DNA of 64,000 nt from an uncultured delta proteobacterium (GCA_963772835.1 CAVYYZ010000012.1:32001-96000); one strand, 5' to 3'; shown: positions 13,624-24,409, counted from the first letter of the stretch. The notes: generated from the sequence alone by a model not told the origin. Made by a program: numbers and translations.

Positions 13624-14316
13624 CTATTTTCGTACCGTGCGGCGTTCAATCCGCTTTTCATGACCTGTGCATGCGATGATGCGCTGGACATAGACGCTGG
13701 GAGTATGAATCTGGTCCGGGTCAAGCTCGCCGGTCTCCACCAGTTCTTCCACCTCGACAATCGTAATCCGCCCGGCAGCGGCCATCATAGGGTTAAAATT
13801 ACGGGCGGTCTTACGGTATACAAGGTTACCGAAACGGTCACCCTTCCAGGCTTTGATCAGAGCGTAATCGGCTCTTAATCCGGTTTCTAGCAGATATTCC
13901 TTGTCGCCGAACAGTCGCGTCTCACGCCCGTCAGCAATCGGGGTGCCTACCCCTGCCGGAGTGTAGAAAGCCGGGATTCCGGCGCCGCCGGCCCGGATCC
14001 GTTCCGCCAGGGTACCCTGCGGAACCAGTTCCACTTCCAGCTCACCGGCAAGATACTGGCGCTCAAACTCCTTGTTCTCGCCGACATACGAGGAAATCAT
14101 CTTCCGTATCTGTTTGTTCTGAAGCAGGATGCCGAGACCCCACTCATCCACACCGCAGTTGTTGGAAACAACCGTCAGATCACGCACTCCCTTCTCGCGG
14201 AGTCCCTGTATCAATTTCTCCGGAATCCCGACCAGCCCGAAACCTCCGGCCATGATACTGGCACCGTCACTGATCCCTTCCAGCGCCTCTTGAATGCTTG
14301 TACAAACCACCGCCAT
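13624..14316 (-). CDS. scoA: 3-oxoacid CoA-transferase subunit A
   Basis: [30 protein letters not shown] and TARNFNP. Confidence 0.93.
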   Translation of the reverse strand: MAVVCTSIQEALEGISDGASIMAGGFGLVGIPEKLIQGLREKGVRDLTVVSNNCGVDEWGLGILLQNKQIRKMISSYVGENKEFERQYLAGELEVELVPQGTLAERIRAGGAGIPAFYTPAGVGTPIADGRETRLFGDKEYLLETGLRADYALIKAWKGDRFGNLVYRKTARNFNPMMAAAGRITIVEVEELVETGELDPDQIHTPSVYVQRIIACTGHEKRIERRTVRK

Positions 14317-14361
14317 CTCCTACCTCCTCATATACCTGGATCGTTACGCAATGCCCGTGAA

Positions 14362-15303
14362 TTACAGTGTCCGCTTCAACAATCTTCCCAACTCACCTAT
14401 AAAACCACGGCGAAAGAGCAGCACGCAGACAACAAAGATACTGCCGATAATTACGGTTATCCATGATCCGACAGAACTCAATTCTGACTGAAGCGTCACC
14501 ACAGTGAACGCCCCGACCAGAGGGCCGAGCACCGTACCGAGCCCCCCCAGAAGAGTCATCAGAACCACCTCTCCCGAAGTATGCCAGCTGACATCCGTGA
14601 GAGAAGCCAGTTGAAATACAAGAGATTTTAAAGATCCTGCCATTCCGGCCAGTGCCGCAGAGATCACAAAGGCGATCAGCTTGAATCGTTCCACCTTGTA
14701 TCCCAGTGACACGGCCCGCGGTTCATTCTCCCGGATCGCCTTCAGCACCTGCCCGAACGGTGAGTTAATAGTCCGGTGAATAATCCAGAAACCGAGACAG
14801 AACATGACAAAGATGAAATAGTACAGGTTAAGCCCGAGCGGGCTTCCGCCAACGGTATAGACATGACCGAGATCAATCAGACCGAAGAGATTGCCGCGGG
14901 GAATGCCTTGCAGTCCATCCTCGCCCCCGGTGAACGGCGCCTTCAGAGCTATGAAATAGACAATCTGGGCCAGGGCGAGTGTTACCATTGCAAAGTAGAT
15001 ACCCTGCCGCCGGATCGCCAGACTGCCTATGATATACCCCATCATTCCGGCGAAGATCGTCCCGCCCAGCACTCCCAACTCAGGCGTCAGACCGCTGTTT
15101 TTGACCAGATACCCGGTAATGTAGGATGCACCGCCAAAGAATGCCGCATGACCGAAGGAGAGAAGGCCGGTGTATCCAAGCAGCAGATTGAAGGCACAGG
15201 CAAACAGTGCAAAACAGAGCAGCTTCATCAGAAATACCGGATAGATCACAAACGGCGCCACCAGGCCTACGACAATAAGGGCGATCCAGATAGTTTTGTT
15301 CAT
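14362..15303 (-). CDS. Branched-chain amino acid-type ABC transporter permease (LivM-like)
   Basis: GYTGLLSFGHAAFFG and AIRENE motifs; hydrophobic. Confidence 0.92.
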   Translation of the reverse strand: MNKTIWIALIVVGLVAPFVIYPVFLMKLLCFALFACAFNLLLGYTGLLSFGHAAFFGGASYITGYLVKNSGLTPELGVLGGTIFAGMMGYIIGSLAIRRQGIYFAMVTLALAQIVYFIALKAPFTGGEDGLQGIPRGNLFGLIDLGHVYTVGGSPLGLNLYYFIFVMFCLGFWIIHRTINSPFGQVLKAIRENEPRAVSLGYKVERFKLIAFVISAALAGMAGSLKSLVFQLASLTDVSWHTSGEVVLMTLLGGLGTVLGPLVGAFTVVTLQSELSSVGSWITVIIGSIFVVCVLLFRRGFIGELGRLLKRTL

Positions 15304-16209
15304 TTACGACTCCCTGCCGAACAGGCCCGCCGGTTTGACCAGCAGCACAATAACCATGATCAGAAAGATGACGGTACTGGAGGCGGGCGCATACACAACC
15401 TTGGTAAATCCTTCAACCATCCCAAGCAGCAGACCGGTAACGATCGACCCCATAATCGAGCCCATTCCGCCTATCACGACCACTGCAAAAACGGTAATAA
15501 TCATCTCGGAACCCATGACCGGACTGACGGAATAAATCGGCGCGGCAAGCACCCCGGCAAATGCGGCCAAGGCGACGCCATAGCCGTAGGTCAGGGTGAT
15601 CATGAGCGGCACATTGACTCCGAAGGCCTTCACCAGTTCCGGATTTTCAGTGCCGGCGCGCAGGTAGGAACCGAGCTTTGTCCGCTCAATAACATACCAG
15701 GTACCGAAACAGACCAGCAGAGAGATGACGATAACCCAGAGCCGGTATTTCGGGAACATCATGAAACCGAGATTAACCGCTCCGCTTAAAATTTCCGGTT
15801 TCGCTTCATAGGGATCACCGGAGACATTAAAGAAATTGGTAAAAACGCCTTGAATAATGAGCGCCAACCCGAAGGTCAACAGCAGGCCGTACAGGTGGTC
15901 GAATTTGTACAACCTGCTCAGCATGGTTCTTTCAATCACAATTCCCACTGCGCCCACTACCAGAGGAGCTGCGATCAATGCCGCCCAGTAATTGAGGTGA
16001 AAGTCAGGCATTCCGATCAGAGGGCCCAGCGTCGTAAAACCGAGGAGCGCCACATAGGCTCCCAGCATGTAGAGCGCGCCGTGGGCGAAATTGACAATAT
16101 TCAGGAGGCCGAAAATCACCGCCAGGCCGAGGCTCAGTATGGCGTAGAAGACACCGTTGTTGAGCCCGAGCATAACCTGCGACATAACCGTCTGAAATGA
16201 TAGTTCCAT
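15304..16209 (-). CDS. Branched-chain amino acid-type ABC transporter permease (LivH-like)
   Basis: GLAVIFGLLNIVNFAHG and VVIGGMGS. Confidence 0.92.
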   Translation of the reverse strand: MELSFQTVMSQVMLGLNNGVFYAILSLGLAVIFGLLNIVNFAHGALYMLGAYVALLGFTTLGPLIGMPDFHLNYWAALIAAPLVVGAVGIVIERTMLSRLYKFDHLYGLLLTFGLALIIQGVFTNFFNVSGDPYEAKPEILSGAVNLGFMMFPKYRLWVIVISLLVCFGTWYVIERTKLGSYLRAGTENPELVKAFGVNVPLMITLTYGYGVALAAFAGVLAAPIYSVSPVMGSEMIITVFAVVVIGGMGSIMGSIVTGLLLGMVEGFTKVVYAPASSTVIFLIMVIVLLVKPAGLFGRES

Positions 16210-16248
16210 GACCTGCTCCCTCATTTGATTCCGTTTTATATACCGTTT

Positions 16249-16270
16249 CCCCCTCCCGTGAGGGAGGGGG
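16249..16270. repeat. Intra-operon GC-rich hairpin after the binding-protein gene
   Basis: CCCCCTCCC-GTGA-GGGAGGGGG perfect stem; probable mRNA stabiliser or partial terminator. Confidence 0.55.
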
Positions 16271-16286
16271 TATTACAATTTCGTTC

Positions 16287-17510
16287 CTACTTGTTAACCA
16301 ATGAGCATGTGCTCTCGGAGAGCGGCATGAAGGCGTCGTTACCCGGAACGGTTTTTACTACTTTGAGAATATCCCACTCACTCTTGGATTCGGAAGGCTT
16401 CTTCACTTCCATCAGATACATGTCGTGTACCATCCGGCCGTCAGCCCTGATCTTGCCGTTGACGGCAAAGAAATCGGAGACATTCATGGACTTCAGTTTT
16501 GCCATGACAGCGTCAGAATCATCGGTGCCGGCCGCTTTGATGGCTTTGAGGTAATTCATGGTTGCTGAATAGGCGCCCGCCTGGTCCATGGTAGGCATCG
16601 CTTTGTGAATGGCGTAGAAACGTTTTGCGAAGGCGCGGGTGGCATCATCCCGGTCCCAATAGAAACCGGAAGTAAACTGCATTCCCTGTGCGACGTTCAG
16701 GCCGAGGCTCTTTATATCCGTATCGAATATCAGCAGCCCGACCAATTTCTGGCCTTTCTTGTCGATACCGAACTCGCGAGCCTGTTTAATCGCGTTGGTG
16801 GTATCGCCGCCGGCGTTGGCCAGACCGATTATCTGGGCTCCCGATGACTGGGCCTGAAGCAGATATGATGAAAAATCAGCCGTTGAAAGCGGGTGGCGCA
16901 CTGAGCCGAGTATCTTCCCGCCGAGTTTTGTCACAAATTTAGACGTATTCGCCTCCAGAGAGTGCCCGAAGGCATAGTCGGCCGTGATAAAATACCAGCT
17001 TTTTCCGCCGCTCGGAACGACCGCCTCTGCGGTAACCTTACCCAATGCGTAGGTATCGTACACATAATGAATACTATACGGGGTGCAGGCCTTGTTGGTC
17101 AGATCCGTGCTGGCCGCGCCGGTATTCATGGTGATTTTCTTCTTGTCTCCCGCAAGTTTCTGCACTGCCAAGGCGCATCCCGAATTCAGCAGACCGGTAA
17201 TCATGTCCACTTTTTCATTGTCAAACCATTCCCGTGCCTTTGCCGAGGCGATGTCTGCCTTGTTCTGATGATCGGCTCCGATAACCTGAATCGGTTTGCC
17301 GAGAACCTTGCCGCCGAAATCTTTGACCGCCATCTCCACACCAACCTGAGTGCCTTTCCCTCCCAGTGTTGAGTAGACCCCGGACATATCGGTCAGAACC
17401 CCGATTTTTACCACGCCGTCAGAAATCCCCTTGCTTGCTGCTCCGGCCATTCCACTCGTCATTGCCAGTACGGCTACGGATAGTGCTACTCTGGACAACA
17501 GATTTTTCAT
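16287..17510 (-). CDS. ABC transporter substrate-binding protein (Leu/Ile/Val-binding family)
   Basis: Signal peptide, KIGVLTDMSG, ADHQNKAD and ADYAFG. Confidence 0.92.
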   Translation of the reverse strand: MKNLLSRVALSVAVLAMTSGMAGAASKGISDGVVKIGVLTDMSGVYSTLGGKGTQVGVEMAVKDFGGKVLGKPIQVIGADHQNKADIASAKAREWFDNEKVDMITGLLNSGCALAVQKLAGDKKKITMNTGAASTDLTNKACTPYSIHYVYDTYALGKVTAEAVVPSGGKSWYFITADYAFGHSLEANTSKFVTKLGGKILGSVRHPLSTADFSSYLLQAQSSGAQIIGLANAGGDTTNAIKQAREFGIDKKGQKLVGLLIFDTDIKSLGLNVAQGMQFTSGFYWDRDDATRAFAKRFYAIHKAMPTMDQAGAYSATMNYLKAIKAAGTDDSDAVMAKLKSMNVSDFFAVNGKIRADGRMVHDMYLMEVKKPSESKSEWDILKVVKTVPGNDAFMPLSESTCSLVNK

Positions 17511-17540
17511 ACAGATACTCCTTTCGGTTTGTATACCTGG

Positions 17541-18257
17541 TCACACACCCAGGTATCGGTTAAGTTTCTCCATGCTGGAGCCAAGTTCGTCGCGTGTTAT
17601 CATTTCTGCTATAACTCCGTGATCAATCACATAATGGCGGTCGGCCAGATCTGCTGCAAAATGGAAATTCTGCTCTACCAGAATGATAGTGAACCCTTTT
17701 TCTTTCAACTGACCGATAAGCCGCCTCAGTGTCTGAACGATTACCGGTGCAAGCCCCTCGGTTATTTCATCCAGCAGAAGGAGCTTCGCTCCGGTTCGCA
17801 GGATTCGGGCCATCGCCAGCATCTGCTGTTCGCCACCGGAAAGACGGGTTCCCATACTGCTGCGCCTCTCCAGCAGATTGGGGAACATCTCGTATATTTC
17901 CGACACTGACATCCCTCCGTCCCTCACTACCGGCGGCAGCAGCAGATTTTCCTCTACGGTCAGGCTGGAAAAAATCCCGCGCTCTTCCGGACAGTAGCCG
18001 ATGCCGAGGTGAGCGATCCTGTGGGTCGGCATCCTGATTGTTTCAACCCCGTTTATCGTGACAGAACCGCTCCGCCGGCCGACCAGCCCGATGATCGACT
18101 TGAGAATAGTGGTCCTCCCTGCACCGTTTCGTCCCAGAAGAGTAACGACCTCTCCCTCCCCGACTGTCAGATCGATGCCATGGAGAATATGGGATTCACC
18201 ATAAAATGCGTGCAGGTCCGTTATCCGCAGCATCTCTTTGTGTATAGATTCAGTCAT
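17541..18257 (-). CDS. ABC transporter ATP-binding protein (LivF-like)
   Basis: GRNGAGRT, LSGGEQQ, LLLDE. Confidence 0.92.
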   Translation of the reverse strand: MTESIHKEMLRITDLHAFYGESHILHGIDLTVGEGEVVTLLGRNGAGRTTILKSIIGLVGRRSGSVTINGVETIRMPTHRIAHLGIGYCPEERGIFSSLTVEENLLLPPVVRDGGMSVSEIYEMFPNLLERRSSMGTRLSGGEQQMLAMARILRTGAKLLLLDEITEGLAPVIVQTLRRLIGQLKEKGFTIILVEQNFHFAADLADRHYVIDHGVIAEMITRDELGSSMEKLNRYLGV

Positions 18258-19002
18258 GTGAACTCCCCATATACGCTTCCAGCACCTGCGGGTCCTGTGA
18301 AACCACGGCATATGAACCCTCTGCGAGAATTGCTCCCCGCTGCAGAACAGTTATCCTGTCCGCCAGAGTTGCCACAACTTTCAGGTTATGTTCAACCATC
18401 AGGATAGTGCGGTTGGCAGAGACCTTCTTCACCAGAGCGGTAATTTTATCAACGTCTTCGACCCCCATACCCTGAGTCGGTTCATCCAGAAGCATCAGTT
18501 CGGGATCCAGCGCCAGTGTAGTGGCTATTTCCAACGCCCGTTTGCGCCCGTATGCCAGCTCGCCGGTGATGTCTTCGGCATATTCAGCAAGACCGACCGC
18601 ATCCAGCAGTTCCATGGCCCGGCCATCCAGCTGTTTCAGGACAGAGTCTGATTTCCAGAAATGATAGGAGATACCCAGCTTGCGCTGCAGCGCCAGCCGC
18701 ACATTCTCCCGCGGCGTTAAATTGGGAAAGACCGCAGAAATCTGAAATGAACGCACGATCCCGCGCAGGGCAATATCAGCAGGCTTTTCACTCGTAATGT
18801 CAGTTCCATTAAAATGAATGCTTCCCGAGGTCGGTGTGAGAAATTTAGTCAGGAGATTGAATACGGTGGTTTTCCCGGCGCCGTTCGGCCCGATAAGGGC
18901 ATGAATATGGCCGCGCTGAATCTGCAGATTAACGGCAGATACGGCGGTGAATCCCTTGAATTCCTTGGAAAGGTTTTTTGTTATAAGAATATGTTCCGTC
19001 AT
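18250..19002 (-). CDS. ABC transporter ATP-binding protein (LivG-like)
   Basis: GPNGAGKT, LAYGRKR, LLDEP, VEHN. Confidence 0.92.
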   Translation of the reverse strand: MTEHILITKNLSKEFKGFTAVSAVNLQIQRGHIHALIGPNGAGKTTVFNLLTKFLTPTSGSIHFNGTDITSEKPADIALRGIVRSFQISAVFPNLTPRENVRLALQRKLGISYHFWKSDSVLKQLDGRAMELLDAVGLAEYAEDITGELAYGRKRALEIATTLALDPELMLLDEPTQGMGVEDVDKITALVKKVSANRTILMVEHNLKVVATLADRITVLQRGAILAEGSYAVVSQDPQVLEAYMGSSHD

Positions 19003-19104
19003 CTGGTTCCACCCTGAGCCTGGCAAGCCGGAACCGAAATAATTAACCGGTCTTGCTGTGGATTTTGTTCGTATCCGTACGCACACAACGTGCTTTGAAA
19101 CCGG

Positions 19105-19896
19105 CTAATGTGACATCAGAACGGGGATGGTCATTTCCCGGAGAATCTGCCCGGCCACCTTTCCAAACGGCAAGCCGTTGCGGAATCCCGGGCTCAGGGC
19201 CCCCATCACCAGCAGGTCACACCCCCCGTCACACGCGCGGTTAAGTAGGCTGTCCGCCAGGGTTGCCGAGGTAACCGGCTGAATTTCCACCCGTGCCTGA
19301 ACGCCATGAATCTTCAGATGCTCCAGTATCCCTTCCCATTCCCGACTCGCCTCTTCTCCGGATGCAACCGCGATCAGTGTCACCTGTTCAGCTCGCTGCA
19401 GGATCGGAAGGGCGTCATGCAGAGCACGCGTGGCCTCCCGGCCATTCCGCCAGGCTATAAGAACGTGGCGGCCGACGGAGTGGAAAACGCCTGCTTCAGG
19501 GACGATCAGAACCGGCCGGCCGCTCCCGGTCACCAGAGACCCGACTACAGCCGAAGCACGAGCGGTCCGGCGTGATTCCTGACCGACAACGACTAGATCG
19601 CTGCAGTGCGATTCACGAATCAGCAGCTCACGGACCCCCACTCCTGCGATGCTCGACTCTATGCTGCGGTGGCATGCCTCAATACCTGCCGACTTGGCTT
19701 TCACTGCCAGCAGCGCTCCTGTAGCCGCAATTTTTTCATCGGCATGCAGGTAGTGTGGCTGATAATAGTCGTAGGTCACGACAGAAAGCCCCGTCACCCG
19801 TCCGCCTTGCTGTTTTGCAAGACTTAATGCGGCTTCGATCCTTTGCTCACAGTCTGAAGAATCGTCCAGATACAGGAGAATATCTTTGATACTCAT
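19105..19896 (-). CDS. Tandem-domain universal stress protein
   Basis: KDILLYLD start, DLVVVG, DLLVMGA and C-terminal PVLMSH. Confidence 0.88.
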   Translation of the reverse strand: MSIKDILLYLDDSSDCEQRIEAALSLAKQQGGRVTGLSVVTYDYYQPHYLHADEKIAATGALLAVKAKSAGIEACHRSIESSIAGVGVRELLIRESHCSDLVVVGQESRRTARASAVVGSLVTGSGRPVLIVPEAGVFHSVGRHVLIAWRNGREATRALHDALPILQRAEQVTLIAVASGEEASREWEGILEHLKIHGVQARVEIQPVTSATLADSLLNRACDGGCDLLVMGALSPGFRNGLPFGKVAGQILREMTIPVLMSH

Positions 19897-19930
19897 GACC
19901 ACTCCAAATAAAACGGATTTATATTATATT

Positions 19931-19947
19931 TAGCAATTGTCGTGCCG
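19931..19947 (-). promoter_or_regulatory. Sigma54 promoter of the usp-liv-scoAB-thiolase-bdh operon
   Basis: Minus strand CGGCACGACAATTGCT (GG-N10-GC) with an AT-rich tract upstream. Confidence 0.75.
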
Positions 19948-20054
19948 CGAATGCCTACATTTCAAATATATTGCGCAATTATCTGATTTAATTATAGTTA
20001 TTACTTTATATTTAAACATAACGGAGTAATTGGTTACGAATACATTCCACACTA

Positions 20055-20203
20055 TTCCAAAAAAATGGAAACTATTGTCACCCACCGGTCGTCTATTTCG
20101 GGATTTTAAAAATGAGCTGCTCTTTAATGCACTGATTTAAAATGGTTTTTTGAAGGGCTGGAAATTATTCCTGAAATTTGGAACAATTTCCAGCTTATTG
20201 GAA
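20055..20203. promoter_or_regulatory. Three TTCC-N8-GGAA palindromes, probable upstream activator sites
   Basis: TTCCAAAAAAATGGAA (20055), TTCCTGAAATTTGGAA (20168), TTCCAGCTTATTGGAA (20188). Confidence 0.65.
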
Positions 20204-20284
20204 TAGTTTTGGATCGTCTGTCTGATATGCTTTGCCCCTGCATCTTCATTCCGTTCAGAAGAAAAGAGGTGCTTGATCAGACCC

Positions 20285-21103
20285 TCAGCGGCCTGCCTGA
20301 CGAGCCGCGTGTGCGCCGAGAAAATCACTCATCCCGCCGCAACTGTTCTGCGTCCAACCGCCATCTACCGGCAGGATTGTTCCGGTAACGAAGCTCCCGA
20401 GCTCGGAGGCAAGAAACAGACAGGCATTGCCAACATCCGCAGGGGTGCCGAGCCTTCCGAGCGGCACGCTGCGTGCGACCATTTTTCTGATGTTCTCATC
20501 AGGCGCAAGACGTGACATTCCCTCTGTGCCTTCTATCGGGCCCGGCACTATCGAATTTACCCGTACGCCGCACGCTCCCCACTCAAGTGCAAGGGTCCGT
20601 GTAATCATGTCGACACCAGCCTTTGCAGCGCAGACGTGAACCTGGGCTTTCATCGGTATAAAAGCCTGCGGAGCGGAAATATTAATGACGCTCGCTCCCG
20701 GTTTTCTGAGAAGGGGGTAAATGGCTTTCATCACATGAAAGGTCCCTCGCAGATCGATATCTACAACCGACTTGAAGGCATTCCCGGTCATGTCAACAGC
20801 AAGGGATGGAAAATTACCGGCAGCACCGGATACGACAACATCAAAATCTCCGAAACGCCCATGCACCGCCTGTAACCCCTTTTCTAACGTTTCAAGCTCC
20901 CGGACATCCGCAACAAACCCCATGGCTTCCGCCCCGAGCAGCTGAAGCATTGCCACTGTATCATCCACTTTTTCCTGTTTTCGACTGGCCACCGCCACCT
21001 TCGCGCCCTGAGCAGCGAACAGTTCGGCAACCCCCCTGTTAATGCCGCTCGTGCCGCCGACGACAACTACAACCTTGCTACTGAAATCCAGAGTGATCGC
21101 CAT
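20285..21103 (-). CDS. SDR oxidoreductase, 2,4-dienoyl-CoA reductase-like
   Basis: GGTSGIN, GAAGNF, HVCAAKAG (no catalytic Tyr) and PGPIEGT. Confidence 0.85.
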   Translation of the reverse strand: MAITLDFSSKVVVVVGGTSGINRGVAELFAAQGAKVAVASRKQEKVDDTVAMLQLLGAEAMGFVADVRELETLEKGLQAVHGRFGDFDVVVSGAAGNFPSLAVDMTGNAFKSVVDIDLRGTFHVMKAIYPLLRKPGASVINISAPQAFIPMKAQVHVCAAKAGVDMITRTLALEWGACGVRVNSIVPGPIEGTEGMSRLAPDENIRKMVARSVPLGRLGTPADVGNACLFLASELGSFVTGTILPVDGGWTQNSCGGMSDFLGAHAARQAGR

Positions 21104-21139
21104 GTCTGCCTCCCTTTCATGTGATGCCGCGTGTGTACG

Positions 21140-22570
21140 TTACGAACCGATATCATATTGAATTGCCTTGGCGTACAGGGATGATTTGCTGATGCCGAGC
21201 CTGGCGGCGGCGGCCTGCTTATCGCCTTTTTCCTCGCGGATGGCAATCCGGATCGCCTCCTCTTCGGCCAGACGTGTAATAAACTTCAGGCTGCGAAAGG
21301 ATTCCAGTGCTGAAGAGCTGCCAAGCCGCTTGACAAGGGCTCCGGGGATGTCATTGCGCGTAATGGTGGAACCGACTTTTACATAGACGGCCTGTTCAAG
21401 AACGTTGCGCAATTCCCGGACATTACCCGGCCAGTCATACTCTTTAAGTATCTCGGCTACCTCCGGTTCGACCCCCTCCACCGGTATCCCGGTCTCCCTT
21501 TCCAACTGGCGGAGATGAAACTGGATCAGCAGAGGAATGTCATCACGGCGGTTCCTGAGGGGCGGGATCTCCAGCATAACTACATTGAGACGATAGTACA
21601 GGTCGTGACGGAACATGCCGCTCTTGACCAGAGTTTCCAGATCCCGGTTGGATGCGGCGATAATCCGCACATCCACCGCCTCTGAGCCCTCAGCACCGAC
21701 CGGCTCGATCTCTTTTTCCTGCAGTACCCTCAGCAGCTTGACCTGCATGGTCAGTGGCAGCTCGCTGATCTCGTCCAGAAAGATTGTCCCCTTATCGGCC
21801 AGGGCAAACTTTCCTTTTTTCCCTTTTTTCTGCGCCCCGGTAAAGGCGCCTTCCCTATATCCGAACAGCTCCGATTCAAAGAGCGTCTCGGGAATAGCGG
21901 CACAATTGACTTTGATAAACGGCCCGAGCTTCCGGTGGCTTTCGTTATGTATAGCGTGGGCAAACAGCTCCTTACCGGTGCCGCTCTCTCCCTTCAGCAG
22001 AACTGTGGTAGTGCTCATAGCCACTTTCCTGCCCAGATCTTTCACCCACTCCAGCTCCTTGCTGATACCGACAATGTGATTGAAGGAATATTTGGCACTC
22101 AAGTGATTGGTGAGCTCGCTTTTGTAAAATTCTAATTCTGTTTTCAATTTCTTGAAGTTCTCGGTAAAGGTAAAAAGATCTTCTATATTCTGAAACATGA
22201 TCTTGCCGACCACAGCCACCACTTTCCCGTTTTCGATAATCGGTATCCGGCTGCAGATCATCTCATGTCCCCCGATCTTCTGCAGCTGGGCAATTTCAGC
22301 TACCCCGCTTTTGGCCACGAGGTGCATGCGGGTATTTTGAATCACTTCGGTGACATGCCTGCCGACCAGTTTGTCGATGGTTGTCTCAAGAAAGCTCGCA
22401 TATGCACCGTTGATCTTCAGGATATACCCTTCGGCATCGGTGATAAGCAGCCCTTCGTAGGCATGCCCCAAAGCCTCTTCCAGCATGGTCTGCCCCCTTT
22501 CCGCCAACTCGGCACGGCGGGAAAGCGCCAGCAGCAGGGAATGGACCCACCCCTCTTTATGAATAATCAT
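21140..22570 (-). CDS. PAS-domain sigma54-dependent transcriptional activator
   Basis: PAS region, GESGTGKE, ESELFG, GAFTGA, FLDEI, WPGNVREL and C-terminal Fis HTH. Confidence 0.95.
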   Translation of the reverse strand: MIIHKEGWVHSLLLALSRRAELAERGQTMLEEALGHAYEGLLITDAEGYILKINGAYASFLETTIDKLVGRHVTEVIQNTRMHLVAKSGVAEIAQLQKIGGHEMICSRIPIIENGKVVAVVGKIMFQNIEDLFTFTENFKKLKTELEFYKSELTNHLSAKYSFNHIVGISKELEWVKDLGRKVAMSTTTVLLKGESGTGKELFAHAIHNESHRKLGPFIKVNCAAIPETLFESELFGYREGAFTGAQKKGKKGKFALADKGTIFLDEISELPLTMQVKLLRVLQEKEIEPVGAEGSEAVDVRIIAASNRDLETLVKSGMFRHDLYYRLNVVMLEIPPLRNRRDDIPLLIQFHLRQLERETGIPVEGVEPEVAEILKEYDWPGNVRELRNVLEQAVYVKVGSTITRNDIPGALVKRLGSSSALESFRSLKFITRLAEEEAIRIAIREEKGDKQAAAARLGISKSSLYAKAIQYDIGS

Positions 22571-22734
22571 CAGTACCTCCGCCGATTGTCGGATAATTCC
22601 GGCTCAAAAGAAATATCCGACGTTTCACACTTTGTACAACCTCGTTACGGTGAAAGCAACATGCAATTAAGCAATGGTAATTTAACCGTTTCTGAGTATA
22701 ATCCACCTCACTTAATAACAACTCTGAGGCAAAG

Positions 22735-23901
22735 ATGTCGCAAGCATTAGTAAATCCGGATATTTTACGTTGGGCAAGAGAGCGTTCTTACCTTGGCGCG
22801 GAGATGCTTGCCCATAAAATTGGAACCAGAGTGGAGAAGGTACTCGCCTGGGAAATGGGCGAAGCGCTTCCAACCTTCAAGCAGGCACAGAAGCTTGCTC
22901 ATACAGTCCACATACCTTTTGGCTATCTCTTCCTGCCGGTCCCGCCAGTAGAAACCATCCCTATTCCTGACTTACGAACAATCGGCGATTTTACATTGGG
23001 AAAAGCCAGCCCGGAATTCCGCGACCTGATCGGTGATGTGATGCGAAAAAGGGACTGGTTTGTCGAATATCTGCGCAAACAAGAAGCAGAACCAGTTCCG
23101 TTTATTGGCAAATTCAATCTTAACGCCCCGTATGAAGAAGTAGCTTCTGATATTGCCAAAACCCTTGGTATTGACGCACAACTGCGTCAGCGTTCCAGAA
23201 ACTGGGAAGAATTTCTGCGGACAATGATTGTCCAGGCGGAAAAATGCGGCATTTGGATCATGCGCAGCGGGATAGTGGGAAGCAACACGCATCGTCCGTT
23301 ATTAGTTGAGGAGTTCAGGGGGTTTGCTATCAGTGAGAAACTGGCACCGCTCATTTTCATAAACGGGAAAGATGCAAAGGCAGCCCAGATTTTTACCTGT
23401 GCGCACGAACTGGCGCATTTGTGGGTTGGCGAAAGCGGCATCTCCAATGTCTCTCTTGGAGTTGAAGACAGCCGTATTTCGAATAGCATAGAAAAGTTCT
23501 GCAACCACGTTGCCGTTGAGTTGCTGGTACCCAAAAGCCTGTTTCTTGAGAACTGGGACTTGAACCTGGAACTTGGAGAGAACGCCGATCGCCTCGCCCG
23601 TCATTTCCGTGTAAGTACCGTGGTTATTGCGCGTCGTGCGCTGAACTTGAATCTGATAGATTGGGCCGATTACTGGAGCTATTACGAATCCCAGAGAGAC
23701 AAATGGACCCGCGCACGTGAAGATTCCGAGAGCAGCGGCGATTTTTACCGGACCCTGAAAACACGTAATGGGACCAGATTTTCTCAGGCGGTTCTATCCA
23801 GTGTTTACGAAGGAAGGTTGATGTTCCGGGAGGCGGCGGCCTTGCTGGGTACGAGCGTGGGTACTCTGGACCACTATGCCAAGGATATGGGCGTAAGGTA
23901 A
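22735..23901 (+). CDS. XRE-HTH plus ImmA/IrrE family Zn metallopeptidase
   Basis: N-terminal HTH (LRWARER...WEMGEALPT), AHELAHLW HExxH motif and downstream EKFCN. Confidence 0.92.
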   Translation: MSQALVNPDILRWARERSYLGAEMLAHKIGTRVEKVLAWEMGEALPTFKQAQKLAHTVHIPFGYLFLPVPPVETIPIPDLRTIGDFTLGKASPEFRDLIGDVMRKRDWFVEYLRKQEAEPVPFIGKFNLNAPYEEVASDIAKTLGIDAQLRQRSRNWEEFLRTMIVQAEKCGIWIMRSGIVGSNTHRPLLVEEFRGFAISEKLAPLIFINGKDAKAAQIFTCAHELAHLWVGESGISNVSLGVEDSRISNSIEKFCNHVAVELLVPKSLFLENWDLNLELGENADRLARHFRVSTVVIARRALNLNLIDWADYWSYYESQRDKWTRAREDSESSGDFYRTLKTRNGTRFSQAVLSSVYEGRLMFREAAALLGTSVGTLDHYAKDMGVR

Positions 23902-23905
23902 ATCA

Positions 23906-24409
23906 ATGAACTACTTACTGGACGCAAACATTTTCATTGAAGCCAAACGCCGCTATTACGGCATGGATATTTGTCCGGGATTTTGGGATTGGCTCGATGT
24001 AGCCCAAGCGGGAGGCCATGTCTCAAGTATCACGCTTGTTTATGATGAACTTGCCGATGGAAACGACGAACTAACAACATGGATAAAGAAACGGGAAGGC
24101 ACTGGGTGGTTTCTGGATGTCAGTGACGTGCCGACGCAACAGGAGTTCAAGCAGATTTTACAGAACGTTTATTCTGCAGATTATTCGGAAAAGGCAAAGA
24201 AGGATTTCTTCGATGGAGCCGATCCGTGGTTGATAGCAAAGGCAAAAGTCATGGGTGCGACCGTTGTGACGCACGAAGCTCTCAATCTCGACATCAAAAG
24301 AAAAGTGCCGATTCCGAATGTTTGCAGGCAGTTTGGTGTGCCGTGCCTTGATACGTTTGATCTACTGCGGAAACACATGGCCAGCTTTATTTTGGAAGCA
24401 GAGGATTGA
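23906..24409 (+). CDS. DUF4411 family PIN-like domain protein
   Basis: YLLDANIFI, VYDEL, ADPWLIA, VVTHE and IPNVC; usual partner of HTH-ImmA proteins. Confidence 0.88.
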   Translation: MNYLLDANIFIEAKRRYYGMDICPGFWDWLDVAQAGGHVSSITLVYDELADGNDELTTWIKKREGTGWFLDVSDVPTQQEFKQILQNVYSADYSEKAKKDFFDGADPWLIAKAKVMGATVVTHEALNLDIKRKVPIPNVCRQFGVPCLDTFDLLRKHMASFILEAED

